A DNA stretch of 64,000 bases, from positions 3,808,001-3,872,000 of the forward strand of contig OZ245842.1 of NCBI GenBank assembly GCA_965228895.1, in the 5' to 3' direction. Source of the stretch: Alphaproteobacteria bacterium (GTDB lineage Bacteria; Pseudomonadota; Alphaproteobacteria; SP197). The translations under genes were made by a program, and so were the position numbers. Position 1 is the first letter of the stretch. Each line of letters begins with the position of its first letter. Shown piece by piece: positions 31,380-39,775 of the stretch. Under the pieces are notes generated by a model that was given only the letters and a program-made list of their open reading frames with translations, was not told the DNA's origin and ran no database searches.

Positions 31380-32108
31380 ATGGCGGATGAAACGAACGGC
31401 GTCGCGTTGATTGTCGGCGCGGGCGCTGGTTTGGGTGGCGGCCTGGGCCGCCGGTTTGCCGCGGCCGATATGGGCGTGGCGCTCGCGTCGCGCAACGAGG
31501 CGAACGCCACGCGGCTCGCCGGCGAGGTCGCCAAGATCGCCGGCAGCACCGTGCGCGGCTATGGATGCGACGCCACCAACGCCGACGACGTCACCGACCT
31601 CTTCGACAGCGTGACCTCCGATATCGGCGAACCCAATGTCGTCGTCTATAACGCCAGCGGTTTCCTTATGAAGTCGATCCTGGAGATCGATCCCGACGAA
31701 CTCGCCGAGCAGTGGGAGGTCACCTGCCTGGGCGGCTTCCTGATCGGGCGCGAGGCCGCGCGGCGCATGGTCGAACGCAAGACCGGCGGCACGATCATCT
31801 TCACCGGCGCGACCGCCTGTTACAAAGGCTCGGCCAACTTCGCCGGCTTCGCCATCGGCAAGTTCGGCTTAAGGGCGCTCGCTCAAAGCATGGCGCGCGA
31901 GCTCGGACCGCGCGGCGTGCACGTCGCCATCGTCAACATCGACGGCGAGATCAACGGCCCGCATCACGCGCACGAGATCGAAGACCGAGGCGTCGATGCC
32001 TTCCTCGATACGGACGCGATCGCGGAGACCTACTACGCGCTCTATCGCCAGCACCCGACTGCGTGGACGCACGAGCTGGACCTGAGGCCCGCCATCGAGA
32101 AGTGGTAG
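31380..32108 (+). CDS. SDR-family oxidoreductase
   Basis: 'VGAGAGLG', 'VVVYNA', 'FTGATA', 'FAIGKFGLRALAQSMARELGP'. Confidence 0.9.
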   Translation: MADETNGVALIVGAGAGLGGGLGRRFAAADMGVALASRNEANATRLAGEVAKIAGSTVRGYGCDATNADDVTDLFDSVTSDIGEPNVVVYNASGFLMKSILEIDPDELAEQWEVTCLGGFLIGREAARRMVERKTGGTIIFTGATACYKGSANFAGFAIGKFGLRALAQSMARELGPRGVHVAIVNIDGEINGPHHAHEIEDRGVDAFLDTDAIAETYYALYRQHPTAWTHELDLRPAIEKW

Positions 32109-32127
32109 ACCACCGAAACACGACAGC

Positions 32128-32238
32128 GTCCCGGGCTTGACCCGGGACCTATGAACACGGACCTGCGCCCTTAGGCCGCTTTGTCGTAAACACGTCGTGT
32201 TCGATGTTCCTGGGCCCCGGCTCTACGGCCGGGGCGCG
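32128..32238. repeat. REP-like paired palindromes between convergent genes
   Basis: GTCCCGGG-CTTGA-CCCGGGAC (32128-32148) and GCCCCGGC-TCTACG-GCCGGGGC (32214-32235). Confidence 0.7.
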
Positions 32239-32261
32239 AGAGTGATGTTAGAGAGCGATCC

Positions 32262-32591
32262 CTAATACGCCTCGCCGCGCGCGGCGGCTTCGGCGGCGCG
32301 GCGTTTCTCGCCTTCCTGGAAGGTCGCCAACGCCTCTTCAGAGGCTTTTTCCTGATACCTGTCCTTATAGTCGCCATAAGGCATGCCATAGACGACCTCG
32401 CGCGCCTGATCGTAATCGATCTCGACACCGCGCTCCTCGGCCTCGGCGCGGTACCATTTCGACAGGCAGTTGCGGCAGAAATCGGCGAGGTTCATGAGCT
32501 CGATGTTCTGTACCTCAGGATGCCGTTGGAAGTGATCGCGCAAGCGCCGGAACACGGCGGCCTCGACTTCAGTCCGCGTCTTGTCATCCAT
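32262..32591 (-). CDS. DUF1244-family protein
   Basis: 'EAAVFRRL', 'VQNIELMNLADFCRNCLSKWY', 'VYGMPY'. Confidence 0.9.
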   Translation of the reverse strand: MDDKTRTEVEAAVFRRLRDHFQRHPEVQNIELMNLADFCRNCLSKWYRAEAEERGVEIDYDQAREVVYGMPYGDYKDRYQEKASEEALATFQEGEKRRAAEAAARGEAY

Positions 32592-32651
32592 GGTCGTCTC
32601 CTCGGAAATTGGCTTGGTCACCCCACCATGTGGGCACGCCAGCCGCGCGCC

Positions 32652-33791
32652 TCAAGCGCAACCGGATAGCGTTTCCTCGCGCAACTGGTCCATCACCGCA
32701 TGAAACGCGCGGTCGGGATCGTCATAACCACCATTGGCGGCGAAACAGGCGAGCTGCCGGTCGGCGCTGGTGCCTTCGCGCGGGATCTGGCGCGCCCGTT
32801 CGATCTCGGCGAGGCAGTCAAGCGCCTCGGCATCCTCGTGCACCAGCTCGGCCAGTTCGTCGACCAGGTCGGCAAGCGGTATCAGGCTGCGCTTGCCGAA
32901 ATCGACCAGCTTGGCCTCGGCGCCATAACGCTGCGCCAGCCAGCGGTTTTCCTGGATCAGCATGTTCGAATACTCGCGCCAGCGCTGATTGGTCGCGCGC
33001 AGCCGGTAGAGCAGCCTGACGATGCAGCGGAACAAGGCGGCGACCGCGACCGCGTCGTCGAGCAGCGAGCAGGTATCGCAGATCCGGAGTTCGACCGTGG
33101 GATAGCGCACGCTCGGACGCAGGTCCCACCAGATCTTGGTGCCGTCCTGGACCAGACCGGCGCTCGTCATCTGGTCGATCATGCGCTGGTATTCGCCCCA
33201 GCTCGGGATCGGATGGGGCAACCCGGTGCGCGGCAGACTGTCGAAGACGGCCAGACGGTAGACCTTCAAACCCATATCGCGGCCCTGCCAGAACGGCGAC
33301 GATGCGGTCAGGCATAGCAGGTGCGGCAGGAAGTAACGCGCTTGGTTGATGACATCGACGCGGAAATCGTCATCCTCGATCCCGATGTGCACATGCATGC
33401 CGCAGATCAGCATGCGTTGGATGACGCCCCGCATGTCGTGCGCCATGCCGTCATAACGATCGACATGGGTGTGCACCTGATCCTGCCAGTCGGCGTAGGG
33501 ATGTGTCGATGCGGCGATCGGCGCCAGGCCATAACGCTTGGCGACATCGGCCACGCCACCGCGCAGCCGTTTGAGATCGTCGCGCACCTCGGCCATGGAG
33601 CTGCATACCTTGGTGCCGACTTCGATCTGGGCGCGCAGGAACTCGTGGCTGACACAGCCCTTGCCCAGTTCCTTGACGCAGTTTTCCAGCAGCTCTTCGG
33701 GCGGATCGGTCGCCAGATTGCCGGTTTCGATGTCGATCAGCAGATACTCTTCTTCGACACCAATCGTCAGGCTGGGCGGTTGCGGGGTCAT
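32652..33791 (-). CDS. Carboxylate-amine ligase (GCS2/YbdK family)
   Basis: 'TIGVEEEY', 'AASTHP', 'CGMHVHIG', 'SSPFWQG', 'WWDLRPS', 'ELRICD', 'ENRWLAQRYG'. Confidence 0.93.
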   Translation of the reverse strand: MTPQPPSLTIGVEEEYLLIDIETGNLATDPPEELLENCVKELGKGCVSHEFLRAQIEVGTKVCSSMAEVRDDLKRLRGGVADVAKRYGLAPIAASTHPYADWQDQVHTHVDRYDGMAHDMRGVIQRMLICGMHVHIGIEDDDFRVDVINQARYFLPHLLCLTASSPFWQGRDMGLKVYRLAVFDSLPRTGLPHPIPSWGEYQRMIDQMTSAGLVQDGTKIWWDLRPSVRYPTVELRICDTCSLLDDAVAVAALFRCIVRLLYRLRATNQRWREYSNMLIQENRWLAQRYGAEAKLVDFGKRSLIPLADLVDELAELVHEDAEALDCLAEIERARQIPREGTSADRQLACFAANGGYDDPDRAFHAVMDQLREETLSGCA

Positions 33792-33796
33792 GGCAT

Positions 33797-34624
33797 CTAT
33801 ACGTGGCGGCGATAGAGGTCCTGGTCGGCCAGGATCGGCGCGAAACCCTCGATCATGATCGCGGTCCAGCGCGCCAGACCCGCTTCGTCGCCGACCAGAT
33901 CCTGGCGCAGCTCGATCTGCACATTGGGTCGGCCGTGGCCTGCGGCATGCACCGGCAGGGAAAAGCCGTGGGGCGAGGCCGCCGTGTAAGGCTCGTTATC
34001 GCCCACCACCAGATCGCCGCGCGTGTGCAGGTAGTGCATCAAGGGCGCGGAGATTCGGTCGTCGCGGTCCCACAGGATGCCGATATGCCAGGGCCGGGGC
34101 GCGTGCCCCATGGCGGGTGTGAAACTGTGCATCATGATAATCGGCGGCGTCATGCCGCGCGCCTCGACCCCTTCGATCACCGCTGCCGCAGCCTGATGAT
34201 AGGGCCAAAAGCAGGCTTCTGTCCTGAGCGCTCTTTCGGCCTCGGAGATGTTCTGATTGCCGGGGATCGGGTTACCGTCGCTGGTCTCCAGAACGGACTC
34301 GGGGTCGTCGAGCTGGCGGTTGCAGTCGATCACCAGCCGGGAAAAGCCGGCCAACACGGCTGGTGCGTCAAAATGGGCGGAAAGCCGGCGCGTGACCTCC
34401 GCCGCGCCGATGTCCCAGGCGATGTGTTCCTGCAACTGCGCCTCGCTCAGACCCAGATTGTCGAGCGCCAGGGGTATCCGATTGCTGGCATGGTCGCACA
34501 GGAAGACGACCGGCGCCTTGCCCCTGGGATTGAGGATCTCATAGGCCGGTGGATCGTCGGGGCCGAGAAGCGGATCGCCGGGTTCTCCGGCGTCGGTGAA
34601 ACCGTCGCGAATAACTGTGCTCAT
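33797..34624 (-). CDS. N-formylglutamate amidohydrolase-family protein
   Basis: 'CDHASN', 'HIAWDIGA', 'SRLVIDCNR', 'HSFTP', 'GDNEPY', 'IELRQDL'. Confidence 0.92.
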   Translation of the reverse strand: MSTVIRDGFTDAGEPGDPLLGPDDPPAYEILNPRGKAPVVFLCDHASNRIPLALDNLGLSEAQLQEHIAWDIGAAEVTRRLSAHFDAPAVLAGFSRLVIDCNRQLDDPESVLETSDGNPIPGNQNISEAERALRTEACFWPYHQAAAAVIEGVEARGMTPPIIMMHSFTPAMGHAPRPWHIGILWDRDDRISAPLMHYLHTRGDLVVGDNEPYTAASPHGFSLPVHAAGHGRPNVQIELRQDLVGDEAGLARWTAIMIEGFAPILADQDLYRRHV

Positions 34625-34740
34625 GGGCGGCGACTATAGCTACAGCCCGCGCCATGCCAAAGGACTTCAACCACATGACCCTATGCCGCATGCAGGCTTT
34701 TCCTTTGACCTCGCCATCGCCTGTGGCAGCTTCGCGCGCC

Positions 34741-36033
34741 ATGGACCTCAACCAACCCCGCCAACTGCTGCTCGACCTCTTCCAGACCGCGGTCGACGCG
34801 GCCGATCCCGCCCATTGCCTGGCAGGCAGGCTGCCGGAACCGCCGAAGGGCCGCACCATCGTTGTCGGCGCCGGCAAGGCGGCTGGCGCCATGGCCGCCG
34901 AGGTTGAGCGCCAATGGACCGGACCTCTGGAAGGTCTCGTCATCACACCCTATGGCCACGGCATGGCGACGGAGCGGATCGAGGTCGTCGAGGCGGCCCA
35001 TCCCGTGCCCGACCAGGCCGGGCAGGATGCCGCCAGGCGCATTCTGGCGCTTGCCGAGAGCGCCGGCGAAGGCGACCTCGTGCTGTGCCTCATCTCCGGC
35101 GGCGGTTCGTCCCTGATGGCGCTGCCGGCGGCGGGCCTCAGCCTCGACGACAAACGTCAGGTCAACGCGCAGCTTCTGAAATCCGGCGCGACCATTCACG
35201 AGATCAACTGCGTGCGCAAACACCTGTCGGCGATCAAGGGCGGCCGGTTGGCCGCCGCTGCCTTTCCGGCGCGCACGGTGTCGCTGGCGATATCCGACGT
35301 CACCGGCGACGACCCCTCCTCCATCGCCTCCGGTCCCACGGTCGGCGATCCCACGCGTTTTGAGGACGCCCGCGCGATCTTGGCGAAGTACGGCATCGAC
35401 CCGCCCGCATCGGTCACGCGCCATCTGGCAGACGCCGCAGACGAGACACCGAAGCCGGGCGACCCCCGGCTGACCGATAGCCACTACACCGTCATCGCGA
35501 CACCGCAGGCATCGCTGCAGGCCGCAGCGGCAAGAGCGCGCGCTGCCGGTCTCAACGTGCTCATCCTGGGCGACACGCTTGAAGGCGAATCGCGCGACGT
35601 CGCGCTGGTTCACGCCGCGATCGTGCGCCAGATCGCGCAGCATCGCGAGCCGGTCGCGCCGCCTTGCGTCATTCTGTCGGGCGGCGAGACAACGGTCACC
35701 ATGCGCCACGATGGCGGCTCCGGCGGACGCAACCGCGTGTTCGCACTGGCGCTCGCCTCTGCGCTTCAGGGCCTTGCCGGCGTCCATGGACTGGCTGCCG
35801 ATACGGACGGCATCGACGGATCATCCAATGGCGCCGGCGCCGTCTTCGGCCCGGATACGCTCGCGCGAGCAGCCTCGGCCAGTATGGATGCACGTTGGGC
35901 CTTGGATCATGACGACAGCGGCGGGTTCTTTGCCGCGCTCGATGACGCTATCGTCACAGGCCCGACACGAACCAACGTTAATGATTTCCGCGCCATCCTG
36001 GTCGCCATTGGCGATACGCCCGCCACAACTTAG
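34741..36033 (+). CDS. ttuD: Glycerate 2-kinase (MOFRL/TtuD family)
   Basis: 'GAGKAA', 'HPVPD', 'LISGGGSSL', 'IKGGRL', 'GGETTV', 'DTDGIDG', 'TGPTRTNVND'. Confidence 0.88.
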   Translation: MDLNQPRQLLLDLFQTAVDAADPAHCLAGRLPEPPKGRTIVVGAGKAAGAMAAEVERQWTGPLEGLVITPYGHGMATERIEVVEAAHPVPDQAGQDAARRILALAESAGEGDLVLCLISGGGSSLMALPAAGLSLDDKRQVNAQLLKSGATIHEINCVRKHLSAIKGGRLAAAAFPARTVSLAISDVTGDDPSSIASGPTVGDPTRFEDARAILAKYGIDPPASVTRHLADAADETPKPGDPRLTDSHYTVIATPQASLQAAAARARAAGLNVLILGDTLEGESRDVALVHAAIVRQIAQHREPVAPPCVILSGGETTVTMRHDGGSGGRNRVFALALASALQGLAGVHGLAADTDGIDGSSNGAGAVFGPDTLARAASASMDARWALDHDDSGGFFAALDDAIVTGPTRTNVNDFRAILVAIGDTPATT

Positions 36034-36165
36034 AGCAGATCCTGTTTGATGGCATCGCCTCACGATGGCATCAAGGCAGGTGAATCTGCTCTACTCATAG
36101 ATGAAGAGCGGATCATGGTTAGGTTGAACCGACAAGCGGTTCAACCTAACCATGATCCGCTCTAG
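36031..36165. repeat. RIME/CIR-like two-hairpin intergenic repeat
   Basis: TAGAGCAGAT...ATCTGCTCTA (36031-36093) plus a perfect 27-bp inverted repeat at 36105-36131/36137-36163. Near-identical to 48924-49047. Confidence 0.9.
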
Positions 36166-36176
36166 AATGGGATCAC

Positions 36177-37580
36177 ATGCGCCGTAATCGCCAAGCCAAA
36201 ATCCTTGCCACCTTGGGCCCCGGCACCTCCAGCCGGGACGCCATCGCCGCGTTGTTCGAGGCGGGAGCCGATGTCTTCCGACTCAACATGAGCCACGGCA
36301 AGCGGGAAAAGCACAAGGCGAACTTTGACGCCATTCGTGAGCTTGAAGGCGTCTATGGTCGGCCGATCGGCGTCTTGTTGGACCTGCAGGGGCCCAAGTT
36401 GAGGATCGCAACCTTTGCCGGCGACGCGATCGCGATCAAGAAGGGGCACAAGCTTCGCTTCGATCTCGATGAGACGCCGGGCGACGAGACACGGGTCGGC
36501 TTGCCGCACCCCGAGGTGTTCCAGGCACTCAAACCCGGCACCACGGTGCTGCTCGACGACGGACGGGTCAGCCTGAAGGTCATCGACTGCGGTGCCGACT
36601 TCGCCGATGCCGAGGTCATCGCCGGCGATGAGCTTTCGAATCACAAGGGCCTGAACCTGCCGGGCGTCCAGCTGCCGATCGCGGCACTGACGGAAAAGGA
36701 CCGCGACGACCTGGCGTTCGGCCTTGAGCTCGGCGTCGACTGGGTCGCGCTTTCCTTCGTGCAGCGGCCCGAAGACATGGCCGAAGCGCGCGAGCTTGTC
36801 GCAGGCCGCGCCGCAGTCATGGCGAAGTTGGAAAAACCGTCGGCCATCGACATGCTGGAAGGGATCGTCGAACTCTCAGATGGCTTGATGGTGGCGCGCG
36901 GCGATCTGGGCGTCGAGCTACCGCCGGAAGAAGTCCCCGGCCTGCAAAAGCGCATCATCCGGGCGTGCAGGGTGGCCGGCAAACCGGTTGTGGTGGCAAC
37001 TCAGATGCTCGATTCCATGGTCGACGCGCCGACGCCGACAAGAGCCGAAGCCTCTGATGTCGCGACCGCCGTCTATGACGGCGCCGACTGCCTGATGCTG
37101 TCGGCCGAAACGGCGGTCGGTGACTATCCGAGCGAGGCGGTCGCCATGATGGACCGCATCATGCACACGGTTGAACATGACCCGCTCTATGACACCGTGG
37201 CCGCCGATGCGGAGGCGACCAGCGCCGACGCCATCTCGGCAGCCGCGCGCCAGGTCGTGCACACGATCGGCGCGTCCGCCATTGTCGCCTATTCGGTCAG
37301 CGGCGCGACGACACTGCGCGCCGCGCGGGTCAGGCCGGAAGTGCCGATTGTCGGCATCACGCCAAAGATCACTTCGGCGCGGCGGTTGACCATGGCGTGG
37401 GGCGTCCATTCGGTGCGCACCGAAGATGCCCGCGATTTCGTCGACATGGTGAACCGTGCCTGTTCGATCTCGAAAGAAGCGGGCTTCGCCGAACCCGGCG
37501 ACCGCATCGTCATCACCGCCGGCGTCCCCTTCGGCACCCCAGGCGCCACGAACACGCTCAGGATCGCCTGGGTCGACTAG
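36177..37580 (+). CDS. pyk: Pyruvate kinase
   Basis: 'KILATLGP', 'FRLNMSHG', 'DLQGPK', 'AKLEK', 'MVARGDLG', 'ATQMLDSM', 'PTRAE'. Confidence 0.97.
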   Translation: MRRNRQAKILATLGPGTSSRDAIAALFEAGADVFRLNMSHGKREKHKANFDAIRELEGVYGRPIGVLLDLQGPKLRIATFAGDAIAIKKGHKLRFDLDETPGDETRVGLPHPEVFQALKPGTTVLLDDGRVSLKVIDCGADFADAEVIAGDELSNHKGLNLPGVQLPIAALTEKDRDDLAFGLELGVDWVALSFVQRPEDMAEARELVAGRAAVMAKLEKPSAIDMLEGIVELSDGLMVARGDLGVELPPEEVPGLQKRIIRACRVAGKPVVVATQMLDSMVDAPTPTRAEASDVATAVYDGADCLMLSAETAVGDYPSEAVAMMDRIMHTVEHDPLYDTVAADAEATSADAISAAARQVVHTIGASAIVAYSVSGATTLRAARVRPEVPIVGITPKITSARRLTMAWGVHSVRTEDARDFVDMVNRACSISKEAGFAEPGDRIVITAGVPFGTPGATNTLRIAWVD

Positions 37581-37588
37581 ACCGGCAA

Positions 37589-37607
37589 CCCCGGCTCAAG
37601 GCCGGGG
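37589..37607. repeat. REP-like palindrome
   Basis: CCCCGGC-TCAAG-GCCGGGG, same stem as 32214-32235, again between convergent genes. Confidence 0.6.
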
Positions 37608-37637
37608 CGTAAAACCGGTGTTGAGTGAGACTGTGAC

Positions 37638-38198
37638 CTAGATCGCCTTGCCGTGCAGCTTTTCTTCGAGCGCGTCGACCTGATCGCGGATCGACGGCAT
37701 GTGCGGGTTCTGGTCGAGTGCGGCCTTGAACCACTCAAGCGCCTTCTCGTCTTCCTCGCGCGCCATATAGATCAGGCCCAGGCCGGAGAGCGCGCCGAAA
37801 TGGCGCGGCTCGAGATCCAGCACGACCAAACAATCGGCGATCGATTCATCATAGGACCCCACCATGTAATAGACCGTCGCGCGTTTGTTCCAGGCTTCGG
37901 CAAACTTCGGCGCGATGTCGATGATGTCGGAGAACGTCTTGATCGCCAGATCCAAGTCACCGATCTGCATGGCGCGGGTGCCCTCATACATCAGCCGGTT
38001 GAGCTGATCGTCGTTGGCTTCGGTCCAGATCGACCAGATGTAACTCTGAATGACCTGGGCCTCGGCCTGATCACCGGTCGTGTGCAGGCGGGTGAAGAGA
38101 TCGTCGAGACGGGGATCGTCCTGGGCCGCCATGCCCTGAACCGGCAGGGCGATGGCGCAGGCGGCAAGCGCCGCGAAAAGAAAACGTCGTGCAGTCAT
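37638..38198 (-). CDS. Exported TPR protein
   Basis: Signal peptide; 'LDDLFTRL', 'PKFAEAWNKRATVYY', 'LEPRHFGALSGLG'. Confidence 0.88.
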   Translation of the reverse strand: MTARRFLFAALAACAIALPVQGMAAQDDPRLDDLFTRLHTTGDQAEAQVIQSYIWSIWTEANDDQLNRLMYEGTRAMQIGDLDLAIKTFSDIIDIAPKFAEAWNKRATVYYMVGSYDESIADCLVVLDLEPRHFGALSGLGLIYMAREEDEKALEWFKAALDQNPHMPSIRDQVDALEEKLHGKAI

Positions 38199-38243
38199 GG
38201 AGAAGAATCTAGGCGTGCGGCCCACGTCTGCCAAGCAATGGCC

Positions 38244-38429
38244 CTACACAGCCGCGTGAAGCACGGACGGTTGGGGTGTTTCCCAAGAAGAAAGGCCGCT
38301 GTCTTGGGGACGGCGGCCTTTTCGCGTGTAGATCTTTTGGTTCTTGACGACCCGTTGCCGGTAGCGCCCCTTGGCCAAGGCCTTGGCGGCGACGTTCCGG
38401 CGGCTCGCCCGCTTTGTCGGACGTTTCAT
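38244..38429 (-). CDS. Small basic protein, ArfA-like alternative ribosome-rescue factor candidate
   Basis: AGGAGG RBS 6 nt before the ATG; 'NVAAKAL..GRYRQRVVKNQKIYTRKG' resembles ArfA 'NAIEALL..PLFRQRVEKNKKG.GSY.RKG'; internal terminator-like hairpin. Confidence 0.7.
   Translation of the reverse strand: MKRPTKRASRRNVAAKALAKGRYRQRVVKNQKIYTRKGRRPQDSGLSSWETPQPSVLHAAV
38285..38321 (-). terminator. Intrinsic-terminator-like hairpin inside the ArfA-like ORF
   Basis: mRNA reads AAAGGCCGCCGUC-CCCAA-GACAGCGGCC-UUUCUUCUU (one C.A mismatch), covering codons 37-48 of 61. Confidence 0.65.
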
Positions 38430-38482
38430 GTCACACCTCCTGAGATATGAGGGTTGAGCCGGAATGGCGTGAAGATGGGGGC

Positions 38483-39769
38483 TCAGGCGGAGTCTGACAA
38501 GGCCCGCGGTTTGGGGCCGCCCTGGGCCCAGTCGAGCAGTTCGACGGGGTGCAGCACCGGTTTGTCCAGACCACCGGCGATCTGAACGATGCAGCCGACA
38601 TTGCCGGCGGCGACGACATCGGCGCCGGTTTGCCGGATGTTGCCGACCTTGCGCTCGCGCAGCCGGGCCGATAGCTCGGGCTGGACCAGGTTATAGGTGC
38701 CGGCCGAACCGCAGCAGATATGGCCCTCCGGCACGTCACGCACCTCGAACCCCACGCGCTTCAGAAGATCGCCGGGTAGCGACGGGATCTGCTGGCCATG
38801 CTGCAGCGAGCATGCGCTGTGATAGGCGAGTACCGGCAGACCGGAAAGCCGGCTTGGCGGCATGTCGAGTTCAGCGATGACCTCGCTGACGTCACGCGCC
38901 TTCTCCGATAGCGCGGCGGCGCGGCCGGCCCAATCGGGGTCGTTGCGCAGCAGGAAACCGTACTCCTTCAATTGCGTGCCACAGCCCGACGCGTTGGCGA
39001 TGACGGCGTCGACCGGCCCGGCGGCCTCCCAGGCCGCGATGTTGCGCCGGGCCACCGCCTGGGCGTCGCTTTCCAGGCCCATGTGGTGGACAAGCGCGCC
39101 GCAGCATCCGGTGTTGCGCGCGACGACGACCTCGCAGCCCAGCCGGGTCAACAAGCGGATGGTCGCGGCATTGATGTCAGGCGTCAGAACTTTCTGGGCA
39201 CAGCCAGTCAGGAGCGCGACGCGTTTCTTGCGCTCGCCTAGGGCAGGATGAACTGCGGGCCTGTCATATGCCGACGGCTCGGCAAGACGGTCGGGCGCCA
39301 TAGCCAAGAGATGGCGCAGCTTTTGCGGCATGAGCGCTGCAAAGGGACGCGCCATCAGGGCACCGATCAAGGCCAACCGGAAACGGCCGGGATAAGGCAG
39401 CAGCGCGGCAAGCAGCCGGCGCATCGCGCGCTCAGAGGCGGGACGTTCGTAGGTCTCTTGGATATGCAGGCGCGCGTGGTCAACCAGGTGCATGTAGTTG
39501 ACGCCGGATGGACACGTCGTCATGCAGGAGAGACACGACAGGCAGCGGTCGACATGACGCACGGTCGTGGCATCGGCCGGCCGGTCTTTTTCCAGCATGT
39601 CCTTGATCATGTAGATGCGCCCACGCGGGCTGTCGCGCTCGTCGCCCAGCAACAGATAGGTTGGGCAGGTCGCCAGACAGAAACCGCAGTGAACGCAGGT
39701 GCGCAGGATGCGCTCCGCTTCTTTGATATGCGGATCGGCAAGCCTGATCAGATCGAAGCGGGTTTCCAT
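38483..39769 (-). CDS. glcF: Glycolate oxidase iron-sulfur subunit
   Basis: 'CVHCGFCLATCPTY', 'CLSCLSCMTTCPSGV', CCG motifs 'CCGAL' and 'CCGSAGTYN'. Confidence 0.96.
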   Translation of the reverse strand: METRFDLIRLADPHIKEAERILRTCVHCGFCLATCPTYLLLGDERDSPRGRIYMIKDMLEKDRPADATTVRHVDRCLSCLSCMTTCPSGVNYMHLVDHARLHIQETYERPASERAMRRLLAALLPYPGRFRLALIGALMARPFAALMPQKLRHLLAMAPDRLAEPSAYDRPAVHPALGERKKRVALLTGCAQKVLTPDINAATIRLLTRLGCEVVVARNTGCCGALVHHMGLESDAQAVARRNIAAWEAAGPVDAVIANASGCGTQLKEYGFLLRNDPDWAGRAAALSEKARDVSEVIAELDMPPSRLSGLPVLAYHSACSLQHGQQIPSLPGDLLKRVGFEVRDVPEGHICCGSAGTYNLVQPELSARLRERKVGNIRQTGADVVAAGNVGCIVQIAGGLDKPVLHPVELLDWAQGGPKPRALSDSA

Positions 39770-39775
39770 CCGGCG

